DNA of 64,000 nucleotides, from contig JAKMXF010000155.1 in NCBI GenBank assembly GCA_024704765.1, positions 346,692 through 410,691 of the forward strand, in the 5' to 3' direction. The notes under the pieces are model-generated. The model searched no databases, was not told the DNA's origin, and saw only the letters and a list, made by a program, of their open reading frames with translations. A program made the position numbers and the translations under genes. Position 1 is the first letter of the stretch. Each line of letters begins with the position of its first letter. Of this stretch, positions 13,017 to 25,613 are shown one piece after another. The DNA comes from Oopsacas minuta (taxonomy: Eukaryota; Animalia; Porifera).

Positions 13017-15504
13017 TAGGGATCGACCAGTCACCCTGCCCCGTCCCCGGCCTAAAGTCCCGAACCTTTCCGGGGACTAGTTAGTTTTAAAAAGATATAA
13101 TTCACCCTACTATACTATCACTCTATCACCATCAACTACTTGTACTAACAAAGATTCTAATGTGTTTGTGAGCTTGCTTCGTCCCCGCAAATTTCTTCAA
13201 CTTCTAAGTTATGGTTCGGAAGAACAACTTGAGGATGTGACTGCGTAGGTTGAATGAACCAAAACCAATCGCTCTGAGATTATACGTGAGAAACAAGAGC
13301 TTCTCGATGTTAGGAGGGAGCAAACGGATCCTATCGCCTTGAGATATTTTACCCGCCATTTTAAATTCTCGTCCACTTGGAACTGATCCGCAAGGTGGAC
13401 TCAAATAGTGAAAGGCAAGTATAGACAATATTGGATACGGATTCAAGTTCATACGCCAGTACCACAATGGATCTAGCTCTCGGTGAATTTTCTTGTCAGC
13501 GAAGTAGTGCAACATTTCATGTTTTACTTCGATTTTGATCGTATCTTCCTCATCACAAATAGTATTATTATTAACTGAATCGGATTGGCCATCTGAATCA
13601 CTTAAAATTGCATCCCAGCAACCTTTTGCAGGGGAATCGGCGTTAATTTGAAACTGCCTTCTGCCAAAGACCGTTTAAAGATGTTGGAAGCAACACTAAC
13701 TAATTTACCCTTTGCCTCTTCTGCTTTCGCCTTGTCCATAAAGCCATTCTTTTTATATCTAGGATCCAGAAGAGTGGCCAGCGCATGCACTTCGCTTGTT
13801 TCGCCATCAACAAAATGCACTCGGGGATTAAGCCCCCTAAAATAACGTTTCAGTTGTACGATCATTTCTTTTTTTATAGTATTATTGATTCCAAATTCAT
13901 TGATAGCATTCAATTCATAAAATATTTTCTTGATGAATGGAATAGTATCGGAAATGCAAGTATATTCGTGTTCTGCATCCAATGTTGCGTCGGCGAATGG
14001 TTTTAATAAACGATTTACTTTGGGAATAAGCATCCAGTCATTTAGAGTTAGTTGATATTCCCTATTAATATTGATATCATCTTCTGCGCAACGAATAGCA
14101 CGTTTCTGCTGAATTAAGCGGACTAACATAGCAGAGTAAGAACTCCAGCATGTTTTCTCGCCTAAAATCAGAGTGTGTCCGGGAACACCATTGTAATCTG
14201 CTTGATGACCTCTGAGAACTCCCATCGCCTTCGGAATCTTCCGAAAATAGGAAATCAATTTGGTGGAATGGGTCATCATGGATTGGACACCACTTTGTTC
14301 AAAAATAGAATTCATGACCACTAGATGTATCATATGTAAAAAACAACCTGCATTATCCTGGTTGTTGATAACCAAGGCATTCACCATATTGAGGCCATTA
14401 TCTCGCAATATCAAGTGGAGCTTTCCCTCTAATTTCTAATCAAAAATGATCATGCGCAACGTCTGGGCAATTGAATCAGCTGTAGGTGATGTATCATATG
14501 GAAAACGCAGCACAACTGCTTTTCGCTCTCCTTTCTTGTTGATGACATGCAGAGTGAGGTTACTAAAAGCGTGTTGACTCTTTGATGTCCAAATATCAGT
14601 CGTTGCACTACAAAATTCTCCGAGATTATTGTGCAACAGCTCCATGATATTGGATTGTGCTCGTCTGTATATATCTGGAATAATCCTTTGGCAGGGCACT
14701 TTTTCACTTGGAACATCGAATTTGTGATTCAAATGGCTAATAAAACGTTGAATCTTTCGTTTTCAACTGTAGTGTAAGGGAGAATTGAATCACATATCTA
14801 TTCAGCTAAATAATAATTCCCTCTGTTTTGATCAGGGTGATCAGGTAGCCATTTATTTTAATTAGAATGTTTCCTCTAGACTCTGTTGGGTTTGTGAACC
14901 TGGGGTAGCCAAATGTAGATATATTGTTGCTTCGAATTCTCCTCATCTTTTTTGCATCTTTTTGCTTCATCAGCATTTCTTATTATTCTTACCTCCTTGT
15001 ATTCGACAGGGTGATACGATTCCAAGTGACTCCAAAGCGATTTAGTTGAAAAAGACTTTTTTGAACCTCCATGAGTACCCCTTCGTATCTTCCTCGTTTT
15101 TCGTGACAGACAGAAATGGTGCAATTGGAAATTGATTCATGTGCACAATCGACATCATAAAATTTCCAGACCTCAGATGCGTACCTTTTGGCCATTGATA
15201 TGAATGGTAAATTCAAACAATCAATTGTATGTATTATTTATATTATTCAATGATAATTACCTTTTGACACTATTTCAAATGACATATACTATATTGATAC
15301 TATGTATTGGGAACCTAGATATCTGATTACAATTACGACTCTATTCACGTTGACTGTATTTTCACGCTGTTGACTTTAAAGGAGATTTGCGCATATAAGG
15401 TGAATAATATTACTAATTTGCACGGAAACAACTGTAAACTTGCATTATTTACTATCAACTCTAACCCCGGCCCCGGCCAAATTCTGCCCCCCGGTAGATC
15501 CCTA
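13017..15504 (-). mobile_element. Ac/ZBED1-ZBED4-type hAT element, frameshifted
   Basis: TIR TAGGGATC / GATCCCTA; TSD CCCGTGAT vs CCCATGAT (7/8). ORFs show BED finger (SEVWKFY..., LWSHLESYH), ATTDIWTS, CFLHMIHLVV, TCWSS, ATLLDPRYK and the dimerisation motif LSPPCGSVPSGREF. Confidence 0.9.
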
Positions 15505-16621
15505 CCCATGATTTCTCTATTTGTCTGATTCCACCAAAGATTACCCAGTTGAACATTTTGGTTGCCCAATATGTTCTCGGACCACAATTAGCATTCAAAT
15601 CTGATCCTCTGTACCAATTTTATCCTGACAAAAACTGTTCTAGGCCCACTATGTTAAGTGCATGGGATCCTGGACAATTTTGGAATGCAGAAATTGTTCC
15701 TTGTGAAGATTTTCACAATTTTATAACAATCCCTCTTTCATTATCTTAGCTTTTAGAGTCGTTTGGATCTTTTTGTGAACATTAGCTTAGAAAGCTAGAT
15801 CCTACATGTGTTGCCGATGTCTCTTCCGTTTTTAACCCTGGTTGAGCCATTTATTTTCTTTCGGCCACCTTTGTTTGGGGCTATATTTTCTTGGACAGTA
15901 TCAAACCTAGTCGCCCCAGAATATCGTGCCATTGTCTCTATACTTATCTTTGCGATAAATATATTTATCAATTAGCTCTATCTATATGAATGTTCTGGGA
16001 CCAATTTTTGGAAACTGCCTAAGCTTTGGATTTATCTAGTAATGCTTCCAATATTGCTTTTGTATATCACCAAGGAGTTGGTATGCAAGGCGAACAAGAA
16101 CTTATTCTCTCATGGCAATTTTTGCGTGGACTAATGCAATTGGAAGGGAAAGTGGGGAATTTCTGATTTTATTGGTGTACTGTCAACTCAATTCGAATCA
16201 TATACTTTTGTTGGATCCCCACCTTTTTTCGCATTTTGATTCTCAAGGAGATTTATAGTGGTCCTAGTCACGCTGTTCCCACGATCCTCTTATAGTATTT
16301 TATGTTCATAAATACAAGGATGACGTGCATCGCATCCATTTATCCCACTGACCATGCAAATAATCATATTTCGGTGCCAAACTTGATGAATTATATTCAA
16401 ATTCAATACAGACAGTATGTTAATGCTATTAACTGTGAAAATTGTAACGAAAACTTAAGTATTTTCCAGGTTTGGAGATTGATCTATGAATTCAGCTTCA
16501 TTGACAAATATCAACAATAAATTTCTAATAACATTCTAACACAATTTAAATAATAATTGCCAAATTTCTGGAAATTCAAAGGATCTCCACAATTCACGTC
16601 CTTTGAATTATCACTCTGTGG

Positions 16622-19600
16622 CAGCGTTCTTCAAACTTGGATACGCTAGGCTTCTCATGGGGGTAGGCCAGTTCTCTTTGAGAAGAGTCGGTAAAGCATG
16701 TGCGTAAGATCTCAGTATCCAGCAAAAGATTTTATTCAACCATAATTGTTTCTGATTAAAAGTCGTTAGGTAAGTATTGTTATTGCCTTCGTTATTTACA
16801 CTCCTGATTCCTGAAGCTAAACTAGTTATAAAATATTATTTACTGACTAATCTTTTACTTTTTTCTGGAACTTAACAGATTCGAGTTTATCTTCTATTTA
16901 TTCGCCGAGTTCATTTAGATAAGTGCTACCTCCTACAATTGTGTTTTCTTTTAATTTTTTTATTAGCATAAATGAATTTCAGATAGATATAGGAAGTTGT
17001 TCTCAAGATGGTGCGGTTTTACAAGGTAAATCCAGTAGTGAAAGTTTATATTCGGAATCTCCTGGGGTAATGAGAGTACCTAAACAAACTAAAACAGAAG
17101 TACAACAAAAAGAAGATAATACGATGAATCAAATATTATATTTGAGTTTGTTCATACCAACAGTGATCTTGCATCACCACTCTGCGTTATTGCAACCAAA
17201 CTTTCTCAAAGAATAGTATGAAGCTATCTCTTTTACAGAGACATTTTGTCATAAAACACAAGGAATTACAAAATTAACCATAGAAATTTCAAACGAAAGG
17301 CTAGTGAAATTATTAAGTCAAGAAGCATCATAAGTCATTTTTCTCAGTCGAATAAGATAGCACAAAACCATCATATGATTTCGCATTTTTGACAGCTGGA
17401 GCTAAGGAGGACTATCCAATCACAGAAAATCTAATAATTCCAGATGCTTTGATAATAGCTGAAAACATACTAGATGCTGCTGCTGTCAATGCTGTCAAGT
17501 CAATACCATTTTCTGATACAACAATGGCTTGCAGAATTGAAGAAATGGCATGTGTTGTCTCACAACAAGTTATAGACAAGATTAAACAAGATAAACGTTT
17601 TGCACTACAACTTGATGAATCGACTGATATCTGAAACCAAGCCCAATTACTGATGTATGTACGTTACTATGATGAAGGTATTGATGATCAAATATTGGCA
17701 TGTAGAAGTTTACTTGGAAAACTACTGGAGAAAAATATTTGAAGTACTCGATGGTCATATAAGAGCTGAATGCGATTTCAAATGGGAATGGTGCACTAGA
17801 ATATCTTCAGATGCCGCTGCCTCAATGACAGGACACACAAATGGTCTTATTGCTCGCCTTAAGTTAGTAAATCCAAATTTAAAATGGCATTCACAAACAA
17901 GCTTTGGTAACTAAGAAAATGAGTCCAGAATTACACATGGTATTGGATGATGAAGTTAAAATTGTCAATTACAGGGTGTCTAATAAGTTCTGTTATACAT
18001 TTTCGCGCCTTAGACAGTAGCTATTAATATACTTATGAAGTAATCTTCTAGAATTTCTTGTAGCATTTTTGGCGCTCTTTCGAATTATACCAAGTATATA
18101 TCATTCAAGTTGATGATTTCCCAGAAAATCATGTTAGAAGAAATTAGTTCAAAAATTCTCACTTTTCACGAATCTGGGTTTAGCAACAGTGAAATTCTAA
18201 AAAGGCTAAAAAATGATAAAGTCAATCCCATGTTGATCTATCTCACAATAAAACGATATATAGAAACTGGGAGCGTTTCTGACAGGAAACGAGTTTGTCG
18301 TCCAAGATCCGCTCGCACACCAGCCCTGAAGAATAGTGTTAGATATCGGATCCTGAGAAATCCTCGGCGTTCAATGCGAAAAATCTCTCGTGAATTCTTT
18401 GTCAATCACGAAACGATGCGGAAATTAGTTGTAGAGGACCTGGGAATGAAGTCCTATAAGAGGAAAAACGTACACCATCTTAACGACTCCATACGTCGTA
18501 AGCGACTCGACAGATGCATACAACTTACAGCCCGATTCGCTCCTGGGACTGGAGATCAGATTCTCTTCTCAGATGAGCAGCTGTTCACCTTTGAGGCGGG
18601 AAGCAATCGTCAAAACGACCGTATACTTGTTTCTCGAAGTCAGGATATCCCAGATAGCATCAAGTGCATTGATAGAGTCCAGAAGCCTCTTTCTCTGATG
18701 GTATGAGCGGGGTTTTCGGCAGACACACGGACAAACCTGATTTTTGTCCCCCAAGGAATGAAAATAAACTCCCAGAACTACAGAGAACTAGTCCTGGATC
18801 CTGAAATTGCGTCTGCTGGTGAAAAGCTCTCTCCAAACCATCCTTGAACTTACCAACAAGACTCTGCGCCTGCACATGCTTCAAAAGTATCCCGGTGTTG
18901 GTTCCGAGAGCAAAATATCGATTTCATAAATAAGGATGAATGGCCACCATCAAGCCTAGATTTAAACCCACTCGACTATTTTGTTTGGGAAAACTTGAGG
19001 AGCAGGGTCTGTGCAACATCCCACAAGAGTTTGGAGTCCCTCAAAGTTAGTTTGTTGATTGAATGGCAGAAAATCCCACAAGAGGAGCTGCGAAATGCTG
19101 TCCATCAGTTTCGGAGCAGACTAACTTCCGTAATTCATAAAAAAGGAGGCTATATTGAATGATATTTGTAATATGTAATTGGGAACATAAGTCCTAAGAA
19201 AATAGAAGGTTTCATGGGTTTACAATGGACAAATTTGAAATCTTTGGGGAACTGATATATAACAGAACTTATTAGACACCCTGTATATCAAATCAAGAGC
19301 ATTGAATTCTCGTCTATTTCAAATAATGTGTGAAGAATTGGGGGCAAACCACACGCAATTATTGTTGCATACTGAGGTTAGGTGGTTATCAAGAGAACGA
19401 GTCTTGACAAGACTTTTTGAAATGAGACACGGAGTGTGTAGTTTTCTCTCAGATATGAAATCTGATTTGAAAGTTCATTTTTTGGACGAAGACTGGGTTT
19501 GTCATTTAGCCTATCTTGCAGACGTATTCAGTAAAACACACAAGCTAAATCTTCAGTTACAAGGATTCGATATTGATATTTTTCAGGCACATGGCAAAGT

Positions 19601-20377
19601 GGGAGGCTTTTACAAGAAAATATTGTTTTGGGTTACTCAAGTTGAAAAAGGAGATATAATCACTTTTGATTGGCTCAGCAATCTTATCATTGAAAATGAA
19701 ATAGTTCTCATAGGGAGAGTGGTGGTAATAATTAACAATCACTTAACTATACTGCGAAACTTTTCTGAAGTATTTTCCTGAAATAGATCTAAAAGATTTG
19801 ACGAATACTTAGATTACTAATCCTTTTGCAACTGAGTCAATTTCTGAAGCGAATCTTAACAATAAACTAAAGAAAATTTGCTTGAATTGTCTGTTGACAG
19901 CTCCCATGAGATCAATTTTACACGGCATGCTTTGTGCCAGTTTTGGACATTTGCTAGCCTTGAATACAAAAATATTAGTAATATTGCAAATTCTCAGTTA
20001 TTTCCTTTTCACTCAACATACTTATGCGAACAAGTTTCTCACCCTCACTAGAATTAAAACAATACTCAGAAATCGCCTGGATCCAGAGCTATCTCTGATA
20101 CTAGCATTGACTAATATTAAGCCCAGAATTAGCCAAATTTTAGAGCTTAAACAGTACCATTCATCCCATTAGGTTCAAGAATACCTTTAGACCTTAGAGT
20201 AGATATCTAGTCCGAAGTAATTGAATAGGAATTATCATCATTCTTTATTATTCACTTGAATATTACTTGAGAATTTATAATACTACATATAAAAATTAGA
20301 TGTTGGGGACTTGGGGGTACGCGTAAAGTCAAAAGATAGCCAGGGGGTACGCTGGGAAAAAGGTTTGAAGACCACTG
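16622..20377 (+). mobile_element. Buster-type hAT element, decayed, interrupted by a maT element
   Basis: TIR CAGCGTTCTTCAAAC / GTTTGAAGACCACTG; TSD CTCTGTGG vs CTCTATGG; FALQLDESTDI and HTEVRWLSR. Removing the maT restores VKIVNYIKSRALNSRLF. Confidence 0.9.
17972..19283 (+). mobile_element. maT-type (DD37D) Tc1/mariner element, decayed, nested in hAT
   Basis: TA TSD; TIR CAGGGTGTCTAATAAGTTCTGTT; FSDEQLF, QNDR and WPPSSLDLNPLDY motifs; internal stop near 18706. Confidence 0.92.
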
Positions 20378-21404
20378 CTCTATGGGATTCTGTTAATTTC
20401 TGAATATAATGTTCCACATTCCTGAGATACTCCTGTATTGCTTAGGATCATTTTCTTTAACTTACACGACTGACTACTCAAACTATTTGAAATCTTGGAT
20501 GATCACTAAGATCGAATCATTATTAGTTTCGGTTTAACTAAAGTAGTCATAGTTAATTTGACGTCTTCAAGGTGTTTCCCAAGGTAGTATTTCGAATTGA
20601 CAATAATCCAAGTTGTTAATGGATTTTGTTGGACTTTTGTTATTAGTACACATAGAAAGTCGTGATCTGTTGAAAATTGCTGGATATACTAGGTATTTCC
20701 TTCATGGTCAAACCAAAGATTGGTCAGACTATTACAGCCATTTTTCTCAATATATTCTGATTCCCCAATGAAAACTGTTTTGTAAAACAATATGGGAAAT
20801 TACACTTCTCCGGGTTGCATCTACTTCACTTATTGACTTATGTGTGTCTAACCTTTCTAGAGCTAAGCCGGACCTAGAGAAATTGCTTCCTACACTCCTG
20901 CTATCACAAGACATTTTCAACCAATCAACTAGCTATATTAGGATGAATACACATCAACAATTACGAGCTTTTTAATAGATATAATCAGTTTTTGGAATGC
21001 TATTATCTAATCTTGGCATAGCCCAATTCTGAATGTGTGGCCACATGTCCTGAGGCATATAAATTGTAATAGCTTAAGTACTGTATAGCCAATCCCTTAG
21101 CTAGGTAGTGCTAAATTGAACCAGACCTAACAAAATTTGCGATAGACTTTACATTGAACAGTAAAATGTAGCAATAGTGTACAATTCATTGATCCATAAT
21201 ACATTTCTCACCAAGTCTGAAATTTATTGCAAAATTTTAGTAACTATTTCAGAAAACCATGAGCTGATTTGATGAAACTGATTCCATTTGGGTATCAGTA
21301 CTGTTGATAGCCACTGGAGTAATATTATCTGTTCAAGTATCAAATGCTTACAAAGACTTGTAAGCTATTGTTATCCATTATCAATTACTATATCCCTTGA
21401 TATA

Positions 21405-22306
21405 CAGTCAGGGGACAAAAGTATTCGCCCACACAAATATATTGTCATAAATTGTATACTCTTTCCCGCTCCTATATATTGTGTAGTCTATATTCGTAGC
21501 TGTTATCTAGTAATTTGCATAAAATAACATATGTTTTTCACGAAAATCAAAAAAATATTTTCGATTTATACTTTTTGAAGGTGTTAATTATTAATAATTA
21601 TTAGATAATTATTGATATTCAAAATATGTGGTAATTCAAAACCTATTAAGAATCTATAGTTTCTGACTTAATATTTGAATTCTACGTAGGCGAGTTACCC
21701 CAGATTGAAATTTCCAATCGGAATGAACAATTTTTACCAGAGTTATAGAAGAATTTCAATTTGTCCCACTTGTGGCACTATTTTCAAAAAGTGGCACAGG
21801 TGGCAGGAAAAAGCGCCACTACAAGGAAATCAGCTAGGGTTAGGGGGAATAGCTCGAAGTAATATTTTCGAATGATGTGGCTATGCTAACCCTTGAATTC
21901 CAAAATAACCTCTTAGGAGCGGCTACTTGTGCCACCTTGGGCAAAAGGTGGCACAAATTGAAATTCATCTATAACTCTGGTAAAAATTGTTCAATCCGAT
22001 TGGCAATTTCAATCTGGGGTAACTCGCCTACGTAGAATTCAAATATCAAGTCAGAAATTATAGATTCTTAATAGGCTTTGAATTGCCACATATTTTGATT
22101 ATCAATAATTATCTAATAATTATTAATAATTAACACCTTCAAAAAGTGAAAATCGACAATATTTTTTGAAATTCTTGAAAACATGTTATCCTAAACAAAT
22201 TACTAGATAGCAGCTACGAATATAGGCTACACAATACATAGGAGCAGGAAGGAGTCTACAATTTATGGCAATATATTTGTGTTCGAATACTTTTATCCCC
22301 TGACTG
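21405..22306. mobile_element. Non-autonomous foldback element with ~390-bp imperfect TIRs and Tc1-like ends
   Basis: Starts TA|CAGTCAGGGGACAAAAGTATTCG and ends CGAATACTTTTATCCCCTGACTG; the arms are reverse complements up to ~21790/21940; no ORF. Confidence 0.85.
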
Positions 22307-22877
22307 TGTATATATTCATACTGAATAATTATTCATTTTTATCCATTATTTTACTCATCACGATTATGATAGATCAAATTTTTTTCAAAATTTAGTTACT
22401 AGGGGCTGTCAAAACTTCTGAGCCTGAAATATTTGGATAAAATACAGAGACATAATAATTAGTTTAATTATCGACATTATCTCAGTCGATCCCTCTCAAA
22501 TATTCTTTTCGTCATCTAAATTTCACCATTACTCCTTTGCTAACCTGATCTCATTATTATCCTCCTATTAAACTTTTTGGTTCTCAACGGAATCAGACTT
22601 TATTCAGTGCCAAACGGGTATTGAAATTTAATTCGACTGAGCCAGATTCATACTAGCGTCATCCAAAAAATGGCGTCTCAAACGAGATGAATGGCCGTTT
22701 GAACTTTTGGATAGTCTTAACATATTCTTTGTATTCTCTGCCCATAATAAGTAAAGTGAATCTTAGATTTATGAGATTTATATAACTAGCCTCTCTGTTA
22801 GTTTTCCAAATTGCTCCAATCCATATGATTCGCCCCACTTGTACGTAATGATTTGAGCTAAACCCACTAGAGCGAAT

Positions 22878-23439
22878 CCATTTGAGCGAGTTCCTAGTTG
22901 AGCGACTAACTATTTTATCGAACTGCGAAACTCAAAAGAGCTAAATAAGAAAAGAAACAGCATAATAATCTTAATGAGTGAAATACAAACAATCAATGTC
23001 AGTAAACAAAGCAAGGCAATAACAAATGTCAAGTATTTATATTATTATTATTATAATATGATGCATTTTTGAATTACCATATATAGCTTCAAGTTACGAA
23101 AACGTCATACAGCGTTAAGTTATCAGGGCTATCCGTATAGATTTGTTAAACTTATCTCAAGTACTACAAAAATGCAATTACAGTGTCGTACGCGAGGTTG
23201 CAATGGGAGTCTGCATGCAACACAAACATCGAGGCTGGTAGAAAAAGTTGTTTCTATCTAGTTGACTTACAATTATGGTGACTCATTATTTCATCATTTC
23301 ATTCAGATTAAACATTTAATTATTCCAGCGAAATGTGAATAGAAATGGTATAATAAAAATTATACTGTTTTTATTCTTATTTCGGTGTTCTGGGTTTCGC
23401 TAAATAGTTAATCGCTCAACTTGATGTTCGCTCAAATGG
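22878..23439. repeat. ~38-bp inverted repeat pair, probable old MITE
   Basis: CCATTTGAGCGAGTTCCTAGTTGAGCGACTAACTATTT vs AAATAGTTAATCGCTCAACTTGATGTTCGCTCAAATGG; no TSD resolved. Confidence 0.55.
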
Positions 23440-23604
23440 GTTTCCCCAATCTGGTTCCCTCAAAATCTTGGCGTTCAGGGTGGTAAAGGCTTCTTTTGAG
23501 TAGTTGTTTACTGCTGAATATATTTTATGGCTAGTCATGATTCAACAAATATCTGTTTCCTCCAAATTCTGATGTTATAATTTGTACATGAGTGTTGTTC
23601 TTAG

Positions 23605-23869
23605 GTTCAAGGAGGTTATTGTGGATATTTAGCAACCATGAGTGCCCTAGCCGGAGGTGCTGATAATGCTTATACACCTGAAGAATCCTTTGATATATTT
23701 TCAATCTTAAGTGATGTTGAACAATTAGTACAACAATTCTCAGCTGGAACTAAACGAGGCATTATATTGCGCAATGAGAATGCTGACCCTTATTACACTA
23801 CAGATGTGTTACAAAAGATATATGAAGGGCAGAGTGAGGATAATTATCGTTGCAGGACAAATGTCCTTG
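23605..23869 (+). CDS. PFK: ATP-dependent 6-phosphofructokinase, internal exon (C-terminal regulatory half)
   Basis: TTAG|GTTCAA acceptor; [29 protein letters not shown]...RGIILRNE...YTTD...RTNVLG matches animal PFK ([26 protein letters not shown]...RKNVLG); donor G|GTAAAT, phase 1. Confidence 0.93.
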
Positions 23870-24090
23870 GTAAATTAGTTATGAGCTCTTGCTCTTATGT
23901 GTGTATCTACCTCTTTGTCTATTACGTGCCTAGCTCATACGTACATCGTCATTTTATTGTCTATTCCAAAGATTTCTAAAATTGTGCCCTCCAAATACCT
24001 TATACTCTGCGATAATTTTTCTCTTGAAATTTCAAGTATACAATTTAGCCTACTATATATGATAACTGAATATTTTCTTGTTAGTGTTTA

Positions 24091-25414
24091 CAGGGTGGAA
24101 AAAAATTGATGCCCTACTGACCTAATTATATAATGAACTCAAAATATTATTGAAGTTTGATAATTCCCATATTTTCATCAGTTATTTATTTCATAAGTTT
24201 TGCTCTTTGATTTTGAATTATTGTTCTTACTTAGGGAGCGTATTTTTATTTATATTATTTATCTGTTTGTTTATCCAAATTCCAGCTGATAATCATGGTT
24301 AGGGAGACCAGTTCATGTGCAAGAAGCAGGGCTATAGGAATGGTATTAGGAGGAATGACCTAAAAATGTGCTTCAGAATAGTTAGGTGTGAATATTCGTA
24401 CAATTCGACGATGGCTATCCAGTCATCAGACTGAAGGGTTCCCTAGGAGATAAGCATGGACGTAGACGTAAATCTTAACTTACAAAGTTGCAAAAATCGT
24501 CATAGCAAAATCTATTTCAAGAGACATCAATCAACACGGAAATTAGCTAAGCGTTTACGCTCAAAGGGTTGGCAGTTTCTCATACTACAGTACGTACGTA
24601 TTTACAAGTACACTCCAAGTAATTCCTTTCAAACCTCAAAAACAGCCGAAAATGACTGAAAACAGCGGACCGCTCGCCTAGAGTTTGTCGAGATCGAAAA
24701 ACTTAGAAAATAGAAGTCTGGTGTCGAGTATTGTTTACTATCGAATCACCCTTTGAGATATATCCGCATCCTAATAGTCAAAATGATCGTGTCTGGGCTT
24801 ATGACCGATCTCAGCTTTTACCCTCTGAAAGAATGAAATTTCCCTCAAAAATCTTTGTATGGGGTGTAATGTCGTTTAGAGCTGTATCAGAACTTCATTT
24901 CATCCCCAAAGGCTAAACAATCACAGCTGAATATTATGTAAACGGGATATTAAATGGGTCATTGATGTCTAGTTTGCTTCGCCAACTAGAACAGGGCAGT
25001 ATTTTAACTAGGAAGTTGTTGCCAGACATGTCACGGTACATTTTCCAACAGGGTGGTGCCCCGGCATATACTACCAAAGGAGCACTAGAATGGTGCAATA
25101 CCAACCTAGTTGAGTTTTAGCATAAGAGTCAATGGACTGGTAACTCTCCTAATCTCAACCTGAAAGAAAATTTGTTGTCTATCGTGAGGCAAGAGATTGA
25201 ACTGATGGACAATTTCGACCCATATTTCAATGCTTGAAAAACACATCAAGCAGGCGTGGTCTCAAATGTCACCAGAAATTTTGGAGAATTTAGCATCCGG
25301 ATGCATGCATAAAACAAAAGGATGGATATATCGAAAAATAACCAGTATATTGTATTGTAGTATTATCACATTATGATAGGAATTAATTTAGGGCATCAAT
25401 TTCTTTCCACCCTG
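24091..25414 (+). mobile_element. Tc1/mariner DD37E (TRT-like) element, decayed
   Basis: TA TSD; TIR CAGGGTGGAAAAAAATTGATGCCCT / GGGCATCAATTTCTTTCCACCCTG; PNSQNDRVW and KIFVWGVMS motifs; related to the 3285-4424 element. Confidence 0.88.
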
Positions 25415-25487
25415 TAAGTCTTAAAATGATTGTTGACTTGCAATTGTCATAAAATCTAATCGTTGCTAGTGATAGAATTATACCTCT

Positions 25488-25613
25488 TTCGGATGATGTT
25501 TATCAAATCTCTATTCACTATTAATTCTGTGATTGTTCCAGGGACACATAGGTAACATTTGACACATGCACAGAGTTTCTAGTGAATAGAGATAGGACAA
25601 AACGTCATCCGAA
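25488..25613. repeat. Long imperfect hairpin (~125 nt) in PFK intron
   Basis: TTCGGATGATGTTTATCAAATCTCTATTCACTA pairs with TAGTGAATAGAGATAGGACAAAACGTCATCCGAA; the stem continues with ATTCTGTG/CACAGAGT. Confidence 0.6.

Noticed and set aside
1-23604. Further upstream PFK exons
   Set aside because: No TVSNN/GADTA/RVFIIE-like motifs found by eye; a small exon could have been missed.
23638-23979. ORF as a standalone 113-aa gene
   Set aside because: PFK similarity stops at the GT donor (23870); the rest is intron read-through.
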